From: Nageia nagi
Taxonomy: Eukaryota > Plantae > Pinophyta
Direction: 5' to 3'
NCBI GenBank assembly: GCA_050084985.1
Contig: JBITNC010000001.1
Location: forward strand, 197,966,001-198,030,000
DNA length: 64,000 bases
Shown: piece after piece, positions 52,250 through 64,000 of the stretch
Position numbering within the stretch: the first letter of the stretch is position 1
Layout of the letters: every line of letters begins with the position of its first letter
Made by a program: the position numbers and the translations under genes
Notes under the pieces: generated by a model
Database searches by the model: none
What the model was told of the DNA's origin: nothing
What the model saw: only the letters and a program-made list of their open reading frames with translations

Positions 52250-53560
52250 GAAAAACAATTTACATGCGCATAGCAAGGTTACCTAAAATTGATTTTTCTT
52301 GATTTGATGGTACAAATCCGCAAAGTTGGCTCATCAAGGCTGAGCAAATTTTTCATCTTCATCAAACTCCACCCAATCAAAAGGTTTACTTGGCAATCCT
52401 TTATTTGTACCAAGAGGCAAATCATTGGTACCAATGGCTGACGAAGATGCATGAGGACCTTGCAAGGCCTCAATTCAAGGAGATGACACGCTTTAGTCCT
52501 ATTGAGTTCGAAGATTTTGTGGGCGCTTAGATTAAGTTGCATCAGACCAACATGATGTTTGATTATGTGGCAGCCTTTGAGAAACTTGCATCGTACTTCA
52601 GATCTAGCAGATGCTTTCTTCAAAAGTCATTTCATTAGTAGGCTTTGGGAGGCCATAACTAGCTTTGATATACCCCCCTTATATATCAAAAAAATGTTGA
52701 GAAATATCATTCCCGAGGTGTAATTTATTATATTTAATGTGTTTTATATATTTTTCTTAAAAAGTATGATATTTATATAGTTTTTAAATTTTATTTTTGA
52801 AGCCAACTATTTTTTTTGTAAATAATAAAGTCGATTCATTTTCTTTAAATATTGAAGCCGATGTTTAAAGGATGAACTCACATGTGACATTTTGGCTCTC
52901 CCCTCAACCTCCACTTCAACTAAAGGAACGCATCTTCAAGTTAAAGATTGAGGTTCAATTGCTCAAACCTGCTAAATGGATGCAAGCAATCAATATAGCC
53001 AGGTTTGTTGAAGGCAAGTGCAATTTGCAACTCAAGCCTAATCGACCCTTGCACCTTGCAAATAAATCACAATTCCAATCAATTAATGTCTCTTCTACGC
53101 CACCAAAAGCACCCATGGTTAAGAGATTGACCGTTGACGAAATGGTCAATCGTCGTAGCAAGGTACTTTGCTACATTTGCAATGAGAAGTTCAAGATTGG
53201 TCATCGTTACACGGAGAAAAAGATCTATATCTTGGATGTTGACACCCCATCATCATCAATCAATGATGGAGGAAGATTTTGATATTTCAATCCATGCTTT
53301 GGTGGGAGTCACTACTCCACGTACTATAAAAATAAATGGCTCATCGAATCACGTAGCACTCATAATTTCATTGACTTAATATTTTATTCATAATTGTGAG
53401 AACTTCCAAGTTATTGTCGCAAATGGAGGCAAACTTCCATGCATTTGTCATTGCAAAAATGTCTATTTGACCATGGGGGATTTCGAGATGCACTCTGACA
53501 TGTACGCTCTCCAATTGGGTAGGTGTGATGTACTCCTATGATGTCGATGGCTCCAATCAC
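52250..53560 (+). mobile_element. Degenerate Ty3/gypsy gag-protease
   Basis: ORF 52872-53282 VKRLTVDEMVNRRSKVLCYICNEKFKIGHR; ISIHALVGVTTPRTIKING; STHNFI; VIVANGGKL. Confidence 0.8.
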
Positions 53561-53562
53561 TA

Positions 53563-55900
53563 GTGTTGACTAGAAAACACCCCCCTAATTTTGCAAAACT
53601 TGGGGACCCTCCATCAAAAGATAGGCGCAAATATTGAGCTTTATTAAGGAATACTTGCTTACAACAGAAGAAAGAATAGTTTCTAAATGCTCTTGGGAGC
53701 AGAGAATAGAGAAATACAAGATATCCAGTGAAAAGGACCATAGTTCCGAAGTTGAGCAAGATTTATTAAGTATGGCCACCAAAAACCATGGTCGCATGGT
53801 TGAGGAAAGATACATTTCTAACTATAGGAGCTGGTGCAATCACACATGCATAAGGTCCTCACCATCCTTCCTCAAGGTGGCCACCCACACCACAAGCACA
53901 TGGTGCTAAGTTGGCCTATAAATACCAAGGTATATTGGAAACATTTAGAAAAGGTGCGACCACCCCCTCTTGCACATTTCAAAATCCGGTTGGACACTTG
54001 GTAGGCAAATATCACGTGATTTTTCATTCGCCCTTCATTCTGACCTCTTCGCAATGGACATTTGGCTTAGGCAAGACTATATGAAAGGAGAATGAGCCTT
54101 CACTTTGTCACTTTAGTAGCCAAATTAACCCAACCTAACACTCCAAGGTTGGTCGTAGAGTGTAAGAAAGTTAGATTTGCAACTATTTAAATATGTACAA
54201 CCACCCTCCCTTTAGACTTTTTGAACCAAAAATTTGGCTAAGTATTAGTCACAAGGCACCTTATTATTGGTCGCATGGTCTAGAAAAGATATATTTGTAA
54301 CAACTTGAACAGGTGTGATCGCTTCTCTTTTGATCCTTTTGATCTAAGAATTTGCCTAGGTTTTTTATTAGGCAAAAGGAAAGCTTGGTCACATGATTTA
54401 AAGAGGATAGAATTCCATCATGTCAAAAAGGTGCGACCACCACTTAAGGCCCCCTTTTTTTGGTGCAAAAGTTGGCTAAGTGTTTAACATAGGTGCTTGA
54501 CCGTTGGTCGTATGGTTTAAAAAAGATAGAATTGCATCTTTTCAAAGAGCTACAACCACCTTACAAGACCCTTTTTCACTAAATTGTGGTACATAGCCCC
54601 TCCACTAAATTGTGGGACGTAGCCCTCCAATTGTTGGTCACATGGTCTACCAACAATACATTTGTAAAGTTATTGAGGGTTGCAACAACTTTGTTTTGCA
54701 TTCATATGGCTCAATTGTGACACTTGTTGGAAGGTCGTCCTCCCACCCATTGGGACAATACCACCTAGCATCCAAAGCAACTATAAAAAGGGGACTTAGA
54801 TTATTTCTTGCACATATTTGCTCCCACTAAGGTTGGTCACATGGTTTTCTAAAGTTACTATTTCATCTCTTCAAAGAGGTGTGACCATTGTTTCCATGAG
54901 AGTTATAACTTATATGACACGTATTTATTAATCACCCTCTCACCCTATGGCATGATGATACCTATCCTATTCAAGCTATAAAAGCTTTGGCACTTGATCA
55001 TCCTTTGCATCAATCATTCCAAATTGAACATGTTCACATGGTTTTAAAGAGATAAATTTGTAACATTTGAAGGTGGTGCACCCATTAAGTTTGAACTTTA
55101 GCCAAAGCATTTGTTTTATCACTTGGTCACATGGCTTCCAAAGGTTACATTTGCAACTTTATTTTCAGATGCACCCCACATGAGCGATAAAGGGATCAAG
55201 TCTTTCAATCAAGCAATATCCTTGGGGACCCACACCTAGTTGCATGCCTCTATGATGAAAAAAGTTTAACCTTTTTTTAGTTATCCACTGTTTTTGTTTA
55301 CATGTCATTCCCCTTTGTTGACGTCTCAACACACCTCCACTTCTTTTGAAAAAGATAAGAGACCCTCAGTTTCAAAAGAAAGGTGGAAGCTTCAGAAGGC
55401 TTGGCCCAAACAGCATTTTGGGCAAAAATGGAAGAAAGTTATTCAGAATAGCCCAAAGTGCAACTTTAAAATGCACTCAAAGGCTTACTTGAAATAAAGA
55501 GAAGGCATTCTCGAGATATCACTAATAGAAACGAGGGTGAAATCTAAAAAAAAAATGGCTAAGTCCAAGGTTGGTCACATGTAAAACAGAGTCACTTCTT
55601 CATCTTCAAAGAAAGGTGCAACCACCCTTTTAGGCAAGTTTAAACCCCAAAAAGTGACTACGTGCTCAAAATTTTGCATCTTGAGGGTGTTCGCATGGTT
55701 TCACAAAGATGCCTTTCCATCATTTTAAATTCATGCGACCACAATCCCCCTTTGAAGAACCATGGGACAGCATTGCTCCCTCAAAATCTGAATCCTCTCC
55801 ATAGAAGGAGGCCTCCTCCAACCTTGGCGACCAACTGAATGGCAAAAGCTTAACCTCGAAATACCACCTAATCAAAAAGAGTGTTGCACCAATGTTGTAG
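53563..55900. repeat. LTR-like insertion with many dispersed TTGGTCGCATGGT / AAGGTGCGACCACC motifs
   Basis: More than 10 degenerate copies of two mutually complementary motifs; starts TGTTGACTAG; boundaries approximate. Confidence 0.55.
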
Positions 55901-56437
55901 ACGATCATGATCCCTTAGCCTAAAATCCCTCCCAGATGTTGCACATAGGGGATAGCTTTGCACCACTAAGTCTTGTTCTCCTCTGGACAATATGAAGTAT
56001 AATAATAATCAGGTATATCCAACAATGAGGCTCCAATGTCTCTTTATACACTCAAATCTTTCGGAATCTTACCTATTTGTCATCACCTAGCCTAAGAGTG
56101 CCACACATGCCCACGTGAGTCAAAGAGTCATGCGTGGAGGTATGGGAGTCTCCCCAAGGCTGGAGCATGTATATAAGTGTCCATCCATTCATTGAAGTGT
56201 AATAACCAACCGTGGGATTCCCACAATCAAGATCGGGATCTCCAAGTACAATAATAACACCTAATCTAAGCTTGGGAGGGAGACGTCCCACTTGGGGCTT
56301 ATAGTGGGGTCCATTAACCCATTAAGTCTTTTATCCCAAGTTACAAACATTAAAGTACAATGCAATAATAAAATATATTACAAGAGGAACCCATTGGAAT
56401 CCACAATTAATTATAAACATGCAAGGGAGGCATCACA
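55900..56437 (-). mobile_element. LTR fragment of the 34016-36493 family
   Basis: gtgggattcccacaatc, cccacttggggcttatagtggggtcc and a terminal ...GGCATCACA match the reverse complement of the family 5' end. Confidence 0.65.
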
Positions 56438-56529
56438 TTTCGCATGTTCGAATTCTTATTTGGCATTCCTAACTAGACGTTGGGTTGCTTGTGCATTTTT
56501 GAGCATGATCCGCCGATTTGGGATCATCA

Positions 56530-59102
56530 CAGACAATGAATGATTATAAAGTCATAAATGATTTTTATGTTTATCCAATGGCAAGACTTTCTCAAATAGT
56601 ATTGGAAGCACAATGGTTCTTTGATCTAGGAGATGTGACATGTAATTACAGGAAGTTAGAATTAAGATTTTTGCATGAGCGGCATGAAGTCATTCTTAAA
56701 GGGATCAAAGAAAGGCCCAATATGTCAATCAGGTGGATGGAAGGCATCATAACAGGTAGGGATCCGCAATATGAAGAAAAATCTAAGGGGTTGTTCATCC
56801 AACAATGTGGACATAATGATATGAAAATAATGGATTGCTCTCATAACATAAACAATGATAGACAAATGAAGAATGATGACACTTTAGAGAGGGTTGTGCA
56901 TGAAGATACTATTGTTGTAATTCCAAAACACTCTTTCTCCATAAGACATGATATCAATACACAATTTATAACAGCAGTTCGATTGATGTTGAAGGAGATT
57001 CTTGCATTACCAGTTTCTTTGCACTTGGAGGTATGTTTCACTTCTATGGGCAGCATTGTTTTAACAAAGTTCAAGTCACAATATTAAGAGATGCATTTCC
57101 AGCCATTAGAGACTTGGATGCTACTAGTTCTGAGCTTCAGTATGGGAATCAGTTTCAGCCCTCGTCACACATGTCACACACATTCACTTCAGCCTTGGAA
57201 CAGCAAAATAAAAAGTTATGCGATATGGTTTTGATGAAAGAAGTTGCTCCTGAAAGAGCAATTGGTTTCCTTCTTAATTTGGATAAAACACAAGGGCTAA
57301 AGAACTTCATTTATGACTTTGGAGAAAAGAAAAATGCACTTGCTGTACATTCAACTTTCAGACCTTGTTTCATTAATATGATTGCTAATTTAATCTCATT
57401 CATGCATGGCACAACCATGAGAAACAATGAAGACATGAGTTTAGATGATTGTGAGTCACTAATTGATGTTGGAAAGAAGGAAATAGGCCTGTCAAACCTA
57501 TATTCCAACCACTTTAACAACAGCTCATTCATTATCATTGTTGGTTTATCGATACTCATGCGTGGTACAGCTATAAGGGATATTAGAGCACATATTTTGG
57601 ATACATTTTGGGTATATGAACAGACGTTTTTGGCTGCTTTAAACAGAAAATCAGAGTTTTTACTTATTCAGGATTGGTTGGGTAGCAAGGAATCAGTTGG
57701 GTCTTCACTTGATTTGGGTACATGTGGACATTTGGGACAATTTCTATATAGCCTTTAAAGTATTATTTGGGCAGCATACAGGTTTGGCATTCTTCTTTTA
57801 TAAGAAACCAAGGTCGGGACAGTTTGGAAGAATAATTTATATGTTTTCCTTTGCATTCACCCTTGGATCAATACTGTGGCAGTATGCTAAGACTTTCTTG
57901 AGGTTAATTTGGGACCTTGGGATCATTCTTGGTCATGTTATAAATTGATTTGATGGATTTGTGATGCGATTGCTTGAGGACAAGCAATCTCAGGAGGGGA
58001 TGTATTTTAATGTCCCATTTTTGAATTATCAGCATTATATATATATGGTGGTATGTTAATAATTATTTTGTGGCTAAGGTAAGGGAAAATAATAAAATAA
58101 ATAATAATGTGGCTTAGTTATGTGTTATGTGACTTAGGTGGATAAAAAATAATAAAAAAGGAAAGGAATGAGGAATGCCACATTAAGGGGATATTAGAGA
58201 GTTATTGTTATTTTAATAAAATAAAATAAAATAATATGCTCAACAATGGATTAGGGTTTGGTGATCTAAAAGTGAAATGAGACTTCATTCTACAGATCCA
58301 TTGTTAGCAAATTTTATCTCTCATTTGAGTTTTGGCTGAGAAGTCATTCCATAGCTTCAAAGGACGAATGCCCACAGAAGTATTTGCTCTTGTGGACGAA
58401 AACTTACAGGAGTAAACCCTTGAGGACAAAAACGCTCTAGGTTTGGGAGATTGAGGACGAAAACCCTCCATCTCAAGAGACAAATCCATTGAGGGTTTGC
58501 AAGGGAGCATCAAAGATAATTATTTTCAGAGCGGAGAGCAGATTATCAATTGATGAGCAACCCAAATCAGATTTTGATATCAGATTGAGCATATTGCAGC
58601 AGAAATTAGTATCCAAATCAGTTTTCAGGGCTCTCTATTGTTGGATGTCCCATTTCTGAAGCATTGTAGAGTGATCTTGTGCATCTTTCAGCCAGATTTG
58701 GTATACCAAGTGGGATAGCCAACCGTAGGAGGCATTTTCCTGCATCTTGTATTCATTTTGGAGTTTTGAGGAGGGTCATTCAGCTTGAAAGACGCAGAAT
58801 GACGTTTTTGAACATTTAGATCGGATCACCTAACCTTTGGAGCATTTTCTTCAGCAATAGAAATCTGATTTGGTATTTTGTGAGTTGTTTAATGTAGCCA
58901 TTTCCAATGTTATCCATGTAATGGTTTCTATTTTTCAAATTTAATGCAAAATTGTGTTGTTGGTGCTGTGTGGCAAGAAAATGAGTAATTTTGTTACTCA
59001 AAATTATAGATTAGAATTTTTATTCAGATAGCTATTATTTTGTTTGGGTAAATATTGCAATCTAACTAGGGTTTGATAATTTTTCAGAAAAGGATCATTA
59101 CA
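56530..59102 (+). mobile_element. 3' half of a non-autonomous gypsy derivative: protease tail, unexplained ORF-like region, PPT, LTR (~58004-59102)
   Basis: DFYVYPM...QIVLEAQWFFDLGDVTCNY protease tail; CTTGAGGACAAGCAATCTCAGGAGGGG (LEDK plus PPT) at 57973-57999; LTR ends GGATCATTACA at 59102. Confidence 0.7.
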
Positions 59103-59343
59103 TAGACTTGTTTCTATCAGCCAATGTCGGGTAGAAATCTTACCAAAAAAGTAAACTATAGCATATCCCAATGCAGTTATTTTTAGATTTAAGACTTAGA
59201 TTTTTTGTTTATGCAACTTTCCTTCAATTTTAAATGTTCTATTATCATTTTATGATATTCAGAAGACAAAGTAAGCATTAATCAGAAAAGAAAAAACAAA
59301 ATACTTTGAAAGCCTATTAAACAAAGTACTTTCAAACCCAAAC

Positions 59344-59486
59344 CTTTCTAGGCTGAACAACCATGTTTACATTTGAATCTTCCATATCACTATCAACTTG
59401 TGCATCATCCCAGTTAGCATCAAACACATTTTCATTTCCCCATGTACATGACGGTTCAAAACCATTCGTATGTTCAAGAGATTCAT
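59344..59486 (-). CDS. CAPH: CAP-H exon (DESLEHT...NMVVQPRK)
   Basis: ttttcag|AT...AAG|gtttgg; 143 bp, phase-compatible. Confidence 0.9.
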
Positions 59487-59617
59487 CTGAAAATAATTTC
59501 ATAAGCATTTGTAAGAGCAATATCCAAATAATGTGCATGAATAAATTAAAATATGCATAATCACAGTACACATAGATCTTTTATCAAACCAAGAAGGACA
59601 TGTATTAGAAAGATCAC

Positions 59618-59648
59618 CATGGACGTTTCTTCCCATTCTTCTGATACA
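59618..59648 (-). CDS. CAPH: CAP-H 31-bp micro-exon (CIRRMGRNVH)
   Basis: gttttcag|TGT...CATG|gtgatc; needed to bridge phase 0 to phase 1. Confidence 0.8.
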
Positions 59649-59774
59649 CTGAAAACAATAAACCACAATTAGATGAGTACATGAAAGTTCAAAAAACGCA
59701 AACTGAATCTCAGGCTACTCCATTATCAATAACGAGCAAGACAGACAGCTGCCCTTCAAGGTAAAATTGCTTAC

Positions 59775-60034
59775 CATAACAGATGGAAGTAAGAACAAGT
59801 TTACAAACTCCTCTGATTGGTAATGACAGTCTTCTGGAAGAGTAGTTTTACAAGAGGCAGTGTTATTCTGGGGCAATAACAAGAACCGCTGATTTTTTGG
59901 AGGAGCAAAAGAAGCAACATTTGCAGTTTCAGAAGTATTTAAAAAGTCTATTGAAAATGGCTCCCGTTTCTTTTTCTTTGATTTGTTGTCTTTTATTGAT
60001 GTTTCATTCAATGAATCTGAGCTTTGATGCACAT
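59775..60034 (-). CDS. CAPH: CAP-H exon (DVHQ...TLPEDCHYQSEEFVNLFLLPSVM)
   Basis: atatag|AT...ATG|gtaagc; an alternative in-frame acceptor at 60016 is possible. Confidence 0.88.
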
Positions 60035-60143
60035 CTATATAGCACATTTGAATGTCAGTTATTGAATCAGTTCTCATTTACAAAAATAACTCAAATATAA
60101 GTTTGTTGCATTTAAGACATCAGCAATGAGTCAATGAGAATAC

Positions 60144-60294
60144 CTTTAACTTTTCGATACTTCCAATGCTCAGGACCAGCCCAAGCATTTGATTTGGATG
60201 AAACACCCATGCCAAAAAACAAATATTCCAGTGTCTGTTCACTCAGCACATCCTTATCTTCCTCAAATTCAAATTCACCATAACCCAATCTCAC
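60144..60294 (-). CDS. CAPH: CAP-H exon (VRLG...NAWAGPEHWKYRKVK)
   Basis: ttccag|GTG...AAAG|gtattc. Confidence 0.93.
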
Positions 60295-60392
60295 CTGGAA
60301 ATGAAACACAACCAACCACAAACATATTTGTGTAAATTTAAGAATAAATAAATTCCGACACAAAGCAATTAAGGATTATAAATAATGAATAC

Positions 60393-60712
60393 CTCATTTT
60401 TATCATTTTCATGAGAGAGAGAGCTATGAGTGTCGAAATGCAAGGTATTCATGTCATCCTCAATATCTCCAACATTTTCATCACAATCAAAATCATGCAG
60501 CTCTACATCATTAACAGAATTATCCGTACAATCTTCTCTATCATAGCTTTCTTGGTTATCAATAGAAGAACCAAGGGTATCATCATCCTCCATGGAAGCA
60601 ATAGCCTCAGCTGACTTGCGATAAGGATCCTCAAGAAATCTTAGGATTTCTTGAAGCATTGGTGAAATTTCCCTATTGGATTGCAAGCCTTCTACCATCT
60701 GTTTAATACAAT
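60393..60712 (-). CDS. CAPH: CAP-H acidic exon (DCIKQMVEG...ENDKNE)
   Basis: caaacag|AT...GAG|gtattc; EISP motif. Confidence 0.88.
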
Positions 60713-60808
60713 CTGTTTGACAAAATATTGTTAGTTATCTCATACTTCTCAAGAAAGAACAAGCAGAACTTATATGAGCTTATTCAAAAATAATAATTCA
60801 TACAATAC

Positions 60809-61015
60809 CCTCTATAAAAAGCATATTGATTGTGTCAAAGCTGTCTCTGTTTTGTGATAAGGCAGATTTCATGTTTATCTCAGGAACTTCCAAGGAATCA
60901 AACACTATTCGACAATCATTATAAACGCTAAGGGTATTCAGAAGAAGACCCTTGGCCCCCCCTTCATCAAATTGTGCTGACGTTTGATGATACAAAGGAT
61001 CCACGGTAAACGCAA
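60809..61015 (-). CDS. CAPH: CAP-H exon (VAFTVDPLYHQTSAQFDEGGAKGLLLN...)
   Basis: tttacag|TT...GAGG|gtattg; hallmark Cnd2 motif. Confidence 0.95.
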
Positions 61016-61148
61016 CTGTAAATATCAGAAGCAAATACAAGTCAGCAACCAATGTGAGAAACTTCTACAAGCAAACATTAAATACCTTTGATTTTTAAAC
61101 CAAATTCAATTGATGAACCAGTCATTGCTATGAAAACTAAATACTGAC

Positions 61149-61212
61149 CATCAAACTTCTTCACGTTTAGTGCCTCGAAAGAAGATTCAAGTGTGGCTGA
61201 TGGATCTGATAT
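61149..61212 (-). CDS. CAPH: CAP-H exon (ISDPSATLESSFEALNVKKFD)
   Basis: gtgcag|ATA...GATG|gtcagt; 64 bp; conserved TLESSFEALNVKKFD. Confidence 0.92.
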
Positions 61213-61307
61213 CTGCACAAAAAATGAAGAAATTATGTCAGTATTGTACTTTTTGTACCCTAAAAAACTTATAGATATAAGCTGATTCTAAATAGTTTGT
61301 TCACAAC

Positions 61308-61378
61308 CTTCTTTTGAGGCTCGTTATTGTCACCTTCATCTTCATCTGTATATACAGTTTGTCCCTCGTCAACATTTT
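61308..61378 (-). CDS. CAPH: CAP-H exon (ENVDEGQTVYTDEDEGDNNEPQKK)
   Basis: ttgcag|AA...AAG|gttgtg; 71 bp, phase-compatible. Confidence 0.75.
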
Positions 61379-63479
61379 CTGCAAAGTCATTAATGGATAT
61401 TAAGCAAGAGGAAGAAACGCAGAAATAAAAGGTTATAATTATTGATATTCTATTATGATGCAAATATACCTAAATAGAGTAGCCATAATGATGATATTCA
61501 AGATGGTATTGTCATAGAACCAACTATTAAGTCTGACATTTGTTGATTCCCAGTCTGAAATTTGTTGATTCCAACTTTATATTCAAATAAGGTGTGTAAT
61601 GTATCCTAGATGATGTCCTAACAATTCTAAATATCCCCAATAATCTGCATATCCGTAAAGGTAGATGTCCACAAGCAGGCTGCATGCGAAGAACTCAAAT
61701 TTCTAAACAAGCAGGTTTAAGACATAATTCATTATCTGAATCCAGCAGTATATCTTGAAATTTGTTCTTCATATCTCATTCGATTATTACTGAACCTAGT
61801 GAGGTTACCCTTAGACTACTGGTACTACCATTAGCAGGTTATTGCTGCCATTTTGGTAGGTCCAATACTGCTTGGATACAAGAATGTAGAGAACAGGAGA
61901 GCTTCATAAGAAGGGAGATCATTTTCAATTAATAATACTACTATTCCTGCCATTGTTGATCGGCTGGGAGATGGTTGCTGCTATTCTAGTTTGGCAAACT
62001 AGTAGTGGATGGTCAGGCCTTGGTGGAGCAGAAAAGCTTCAAGGAGAGCTCTAGAAGAGATTTATTCCATACTACTGTTGGTAAGACTCACTATTAACTG
62101 GAAGAATTGTTGCTTCAGTTTGCAGGAGGTGAATACTCTAAATATATAAATGTATGATGAACAACATCATTGCCGTTCTATGTGGAGATGTTGAGATAGA
62201 TGGCTTGGTGTGAGTGTGGCAATCATATCAGGAGTGAGAATGTTGTGTGTGACAGACATAGTTTTATCTTGACAAACTTGTTCTATTGCATTCCTCTAAG
62301 TTGTACTGAAGAATGGCAGCTAGGAAGTGTTTTGGGAGTGGCAATTTGGTTGATCTTGGAAAATTGGTGACCATTGCAGCTGTTGATCCGAATGTGGCCA
62401 AGATTTGGCTGTAGTATACAAGTTCACTACAGTTCTTCCACTATAAAGATTGGTGTTTTTATTTGTGTGCATGGATTTTACTGGTAATGTTTTGATGCAC
62501 TTTCGTTATCAATAAGTTGTACACTAAATGAAGTATATGGAGTTTGTTAAGTCAAGTTAGTAGTAAATTTCAGTGCTAATGCTGGTTCAAATGCCAACAT
62601 TGGGATTTGACATGATTTGGCTGTTTAAATTTGAGGCTCCATACTCTTGAATAAAATGCAAATTAAATCTGTATTTGAAAATCCCAAAATAGCATAGCTT
62701 ACAAGTGATTACAGAACATAACGGGAATTGTTATTTAAACTGAAGTTTTTTTTTTAATATCTTTTTATCTTTTACTCAAAAAAAAAATCAAAGGCTCATC
62801 TAGTTTTTCAGCAAGACGGTTGCCATTTCAATCAACAATTAGGAGAGGTATGACAAACAACATTGAGAGGATGTATCAAGAGTTAAGATGGAAAAAAAAG
62901 GATGGGGGGGAAGTTTCCTTTAGGAAAGATAGTTGGGAACTAGTAGGTTTTTAGAAAAATTTCAATAATTAAAGCGTTTGAAAGAATTTCGTGAAGAAAA
63001 ATTTGGTGTAACGCTTAAGGACTAACCAAGAAAAAAAAGGAATCAAGTCTTGCATGGAAGAGATATTTAGTATTATTCTAGATTGCTAAGTTAAAAAAGA
63101 AGAGAAAGATTCAACATATGTTCATTGAGAAGTTTGGGCAAGACATGTTTATTCGTGACATGAACTCCTTCGGATAGTATACAACAAAATAAGGGGGACA
63201 ACTCTTTTACAAAAATATGAGAGAAATTCAGAATTTAAAAGTAAGTTTGAAAAAGGGAGGGTCTAACAAAGCTTAAGAACTTTATGTAGTTAATGTTCTT
63301 GTTGTGCCTGCACAACACCCCTCCAAAAAAAACTACATTTTTGAGGACCCTCATTGTACTGAAACATAAAGGCATGAAGGACTTTTTCTAAGTAAATGCA
63401 TGCATCGTAGAGAAGAGGAAGGAGAACTTAACAAATTTGCTTCTTCATGATGAAACAAGTCAAAATTTGGTCATTCAAC

Positions 63480-64000
63480 CTATGGCACACATTCTGAGGC
63501 ACATGCCTTTTCATGTACCATGGAACATGCGCCCTCCTTCATGTTGCTAATTTTAGGGTTAAGTCTTGCATTTTCAGCCTCAAATTGCATCATTCAAGCC
63601 CCATTTCACTTGGTCATCTTTGTGGAAATTCCATCCTCTCCTTTGCATTGTGTTATTGAGGGTCATTTTGGAAGAAAAAATTGCATTTTGTGCCTGAGCA
63701 CATGTTTTGAGGCACATGCTTTTGCATGTACCCAAATCGGTGTGCCCTAGGCAAGAGAGGTATCCTGACACTTAGAAAATTTTCAAGGTAAATATTAGGA
63801 TAGCTTGAGCACATGTTTTCTGGCACACGCTTCCGCATGTACCTGAAATGGTGCACCCATCACAAAAAATCATTTTCGGCACTTAGTCATTTCGGAGAAA
63901 ATTGGTAAAGATGGTTGAGCGCAAGGTTTTGGGGACATACTTTTCCATGTACCAAAATCGGTGCACCCTATTTCATGTGGACACTTCACTCGCACCAATC
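63480..64000. repeat. Degenerate ~110-bp periodic repeat (GGCACA...CATGTACC..AAATCGGTGCACCC), probably TE-derived
   Basis: Motif recurs at ~63500, 63710, 63820, 63930. Confidence 0.55.

Larger units (their letters stand above)
28123..61378 (-). other. CAPH: Condensin I kleisin subunit H (CAP-H/barren/Cnd2) gene, 3' portion with 10 visible coding exons; 5' exons not found in window
   Basis: Conserved Cnd2/barren motifs DPLYHQTSAQFDEGGAKGLLLN, NAWAGPEHWKY, TLPEDCHY, YDKTSKQVDVHVLK, DISVHLCFICLLHLANE; all introns GT-AG and phase-compatible. Confidence 0.95.

Noticed and set aside
61379-64000. Further upstream CAP-H exons
   Set aside because: No N-terminal kleisin motifs were recognised; the region looks intronic or TE-derived, so the 5' exons are probably outside the window.

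Overview
AT-rich, CpG-poor plant nuclear DNA, probably gymnosperm (inferred from the giant TE-filled introns and decayed LTR elements). The only host gene is the 3' part of a condensin I kleisin (CAP-H/barren) on the minus strand. Ten GT-AG exons splice in frame from 61378 down to the stop at 28123, with two very large introns (50284-59343, 9,060 bp; 28354-50172, 21,819 bp). Positions 1-27 kb are intergenic: decayed copia elements (one full-length with TSDs at 3743-9069), a LINE relic, a small LTR element and minisatellites. The main feature lies in the last intron, where a young copia LTR element (37647-47901, TSD TACAC) has LTRs and PBS pointing to the + strand. Its gag-pol and 3'UTR are inverted onto the - strand. 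A 5.1-kb, nearly intact Caulimoviridae (pararetrovirus) polyprotein segment (CP, two Zn knuckles, protease, RT, RNase H) sits at one inversion breakpoint, replacing the PPT and U3 of the right LTR. The intact LTR promoter therefore faces antisense into viral and copia coding sequence that the host pre-mRNA would read in sense. The copia 3'UTR also carries an array of 8 hairpin repeats with compensatory base changes. All of this was read by eye; no searches or alignments were run.
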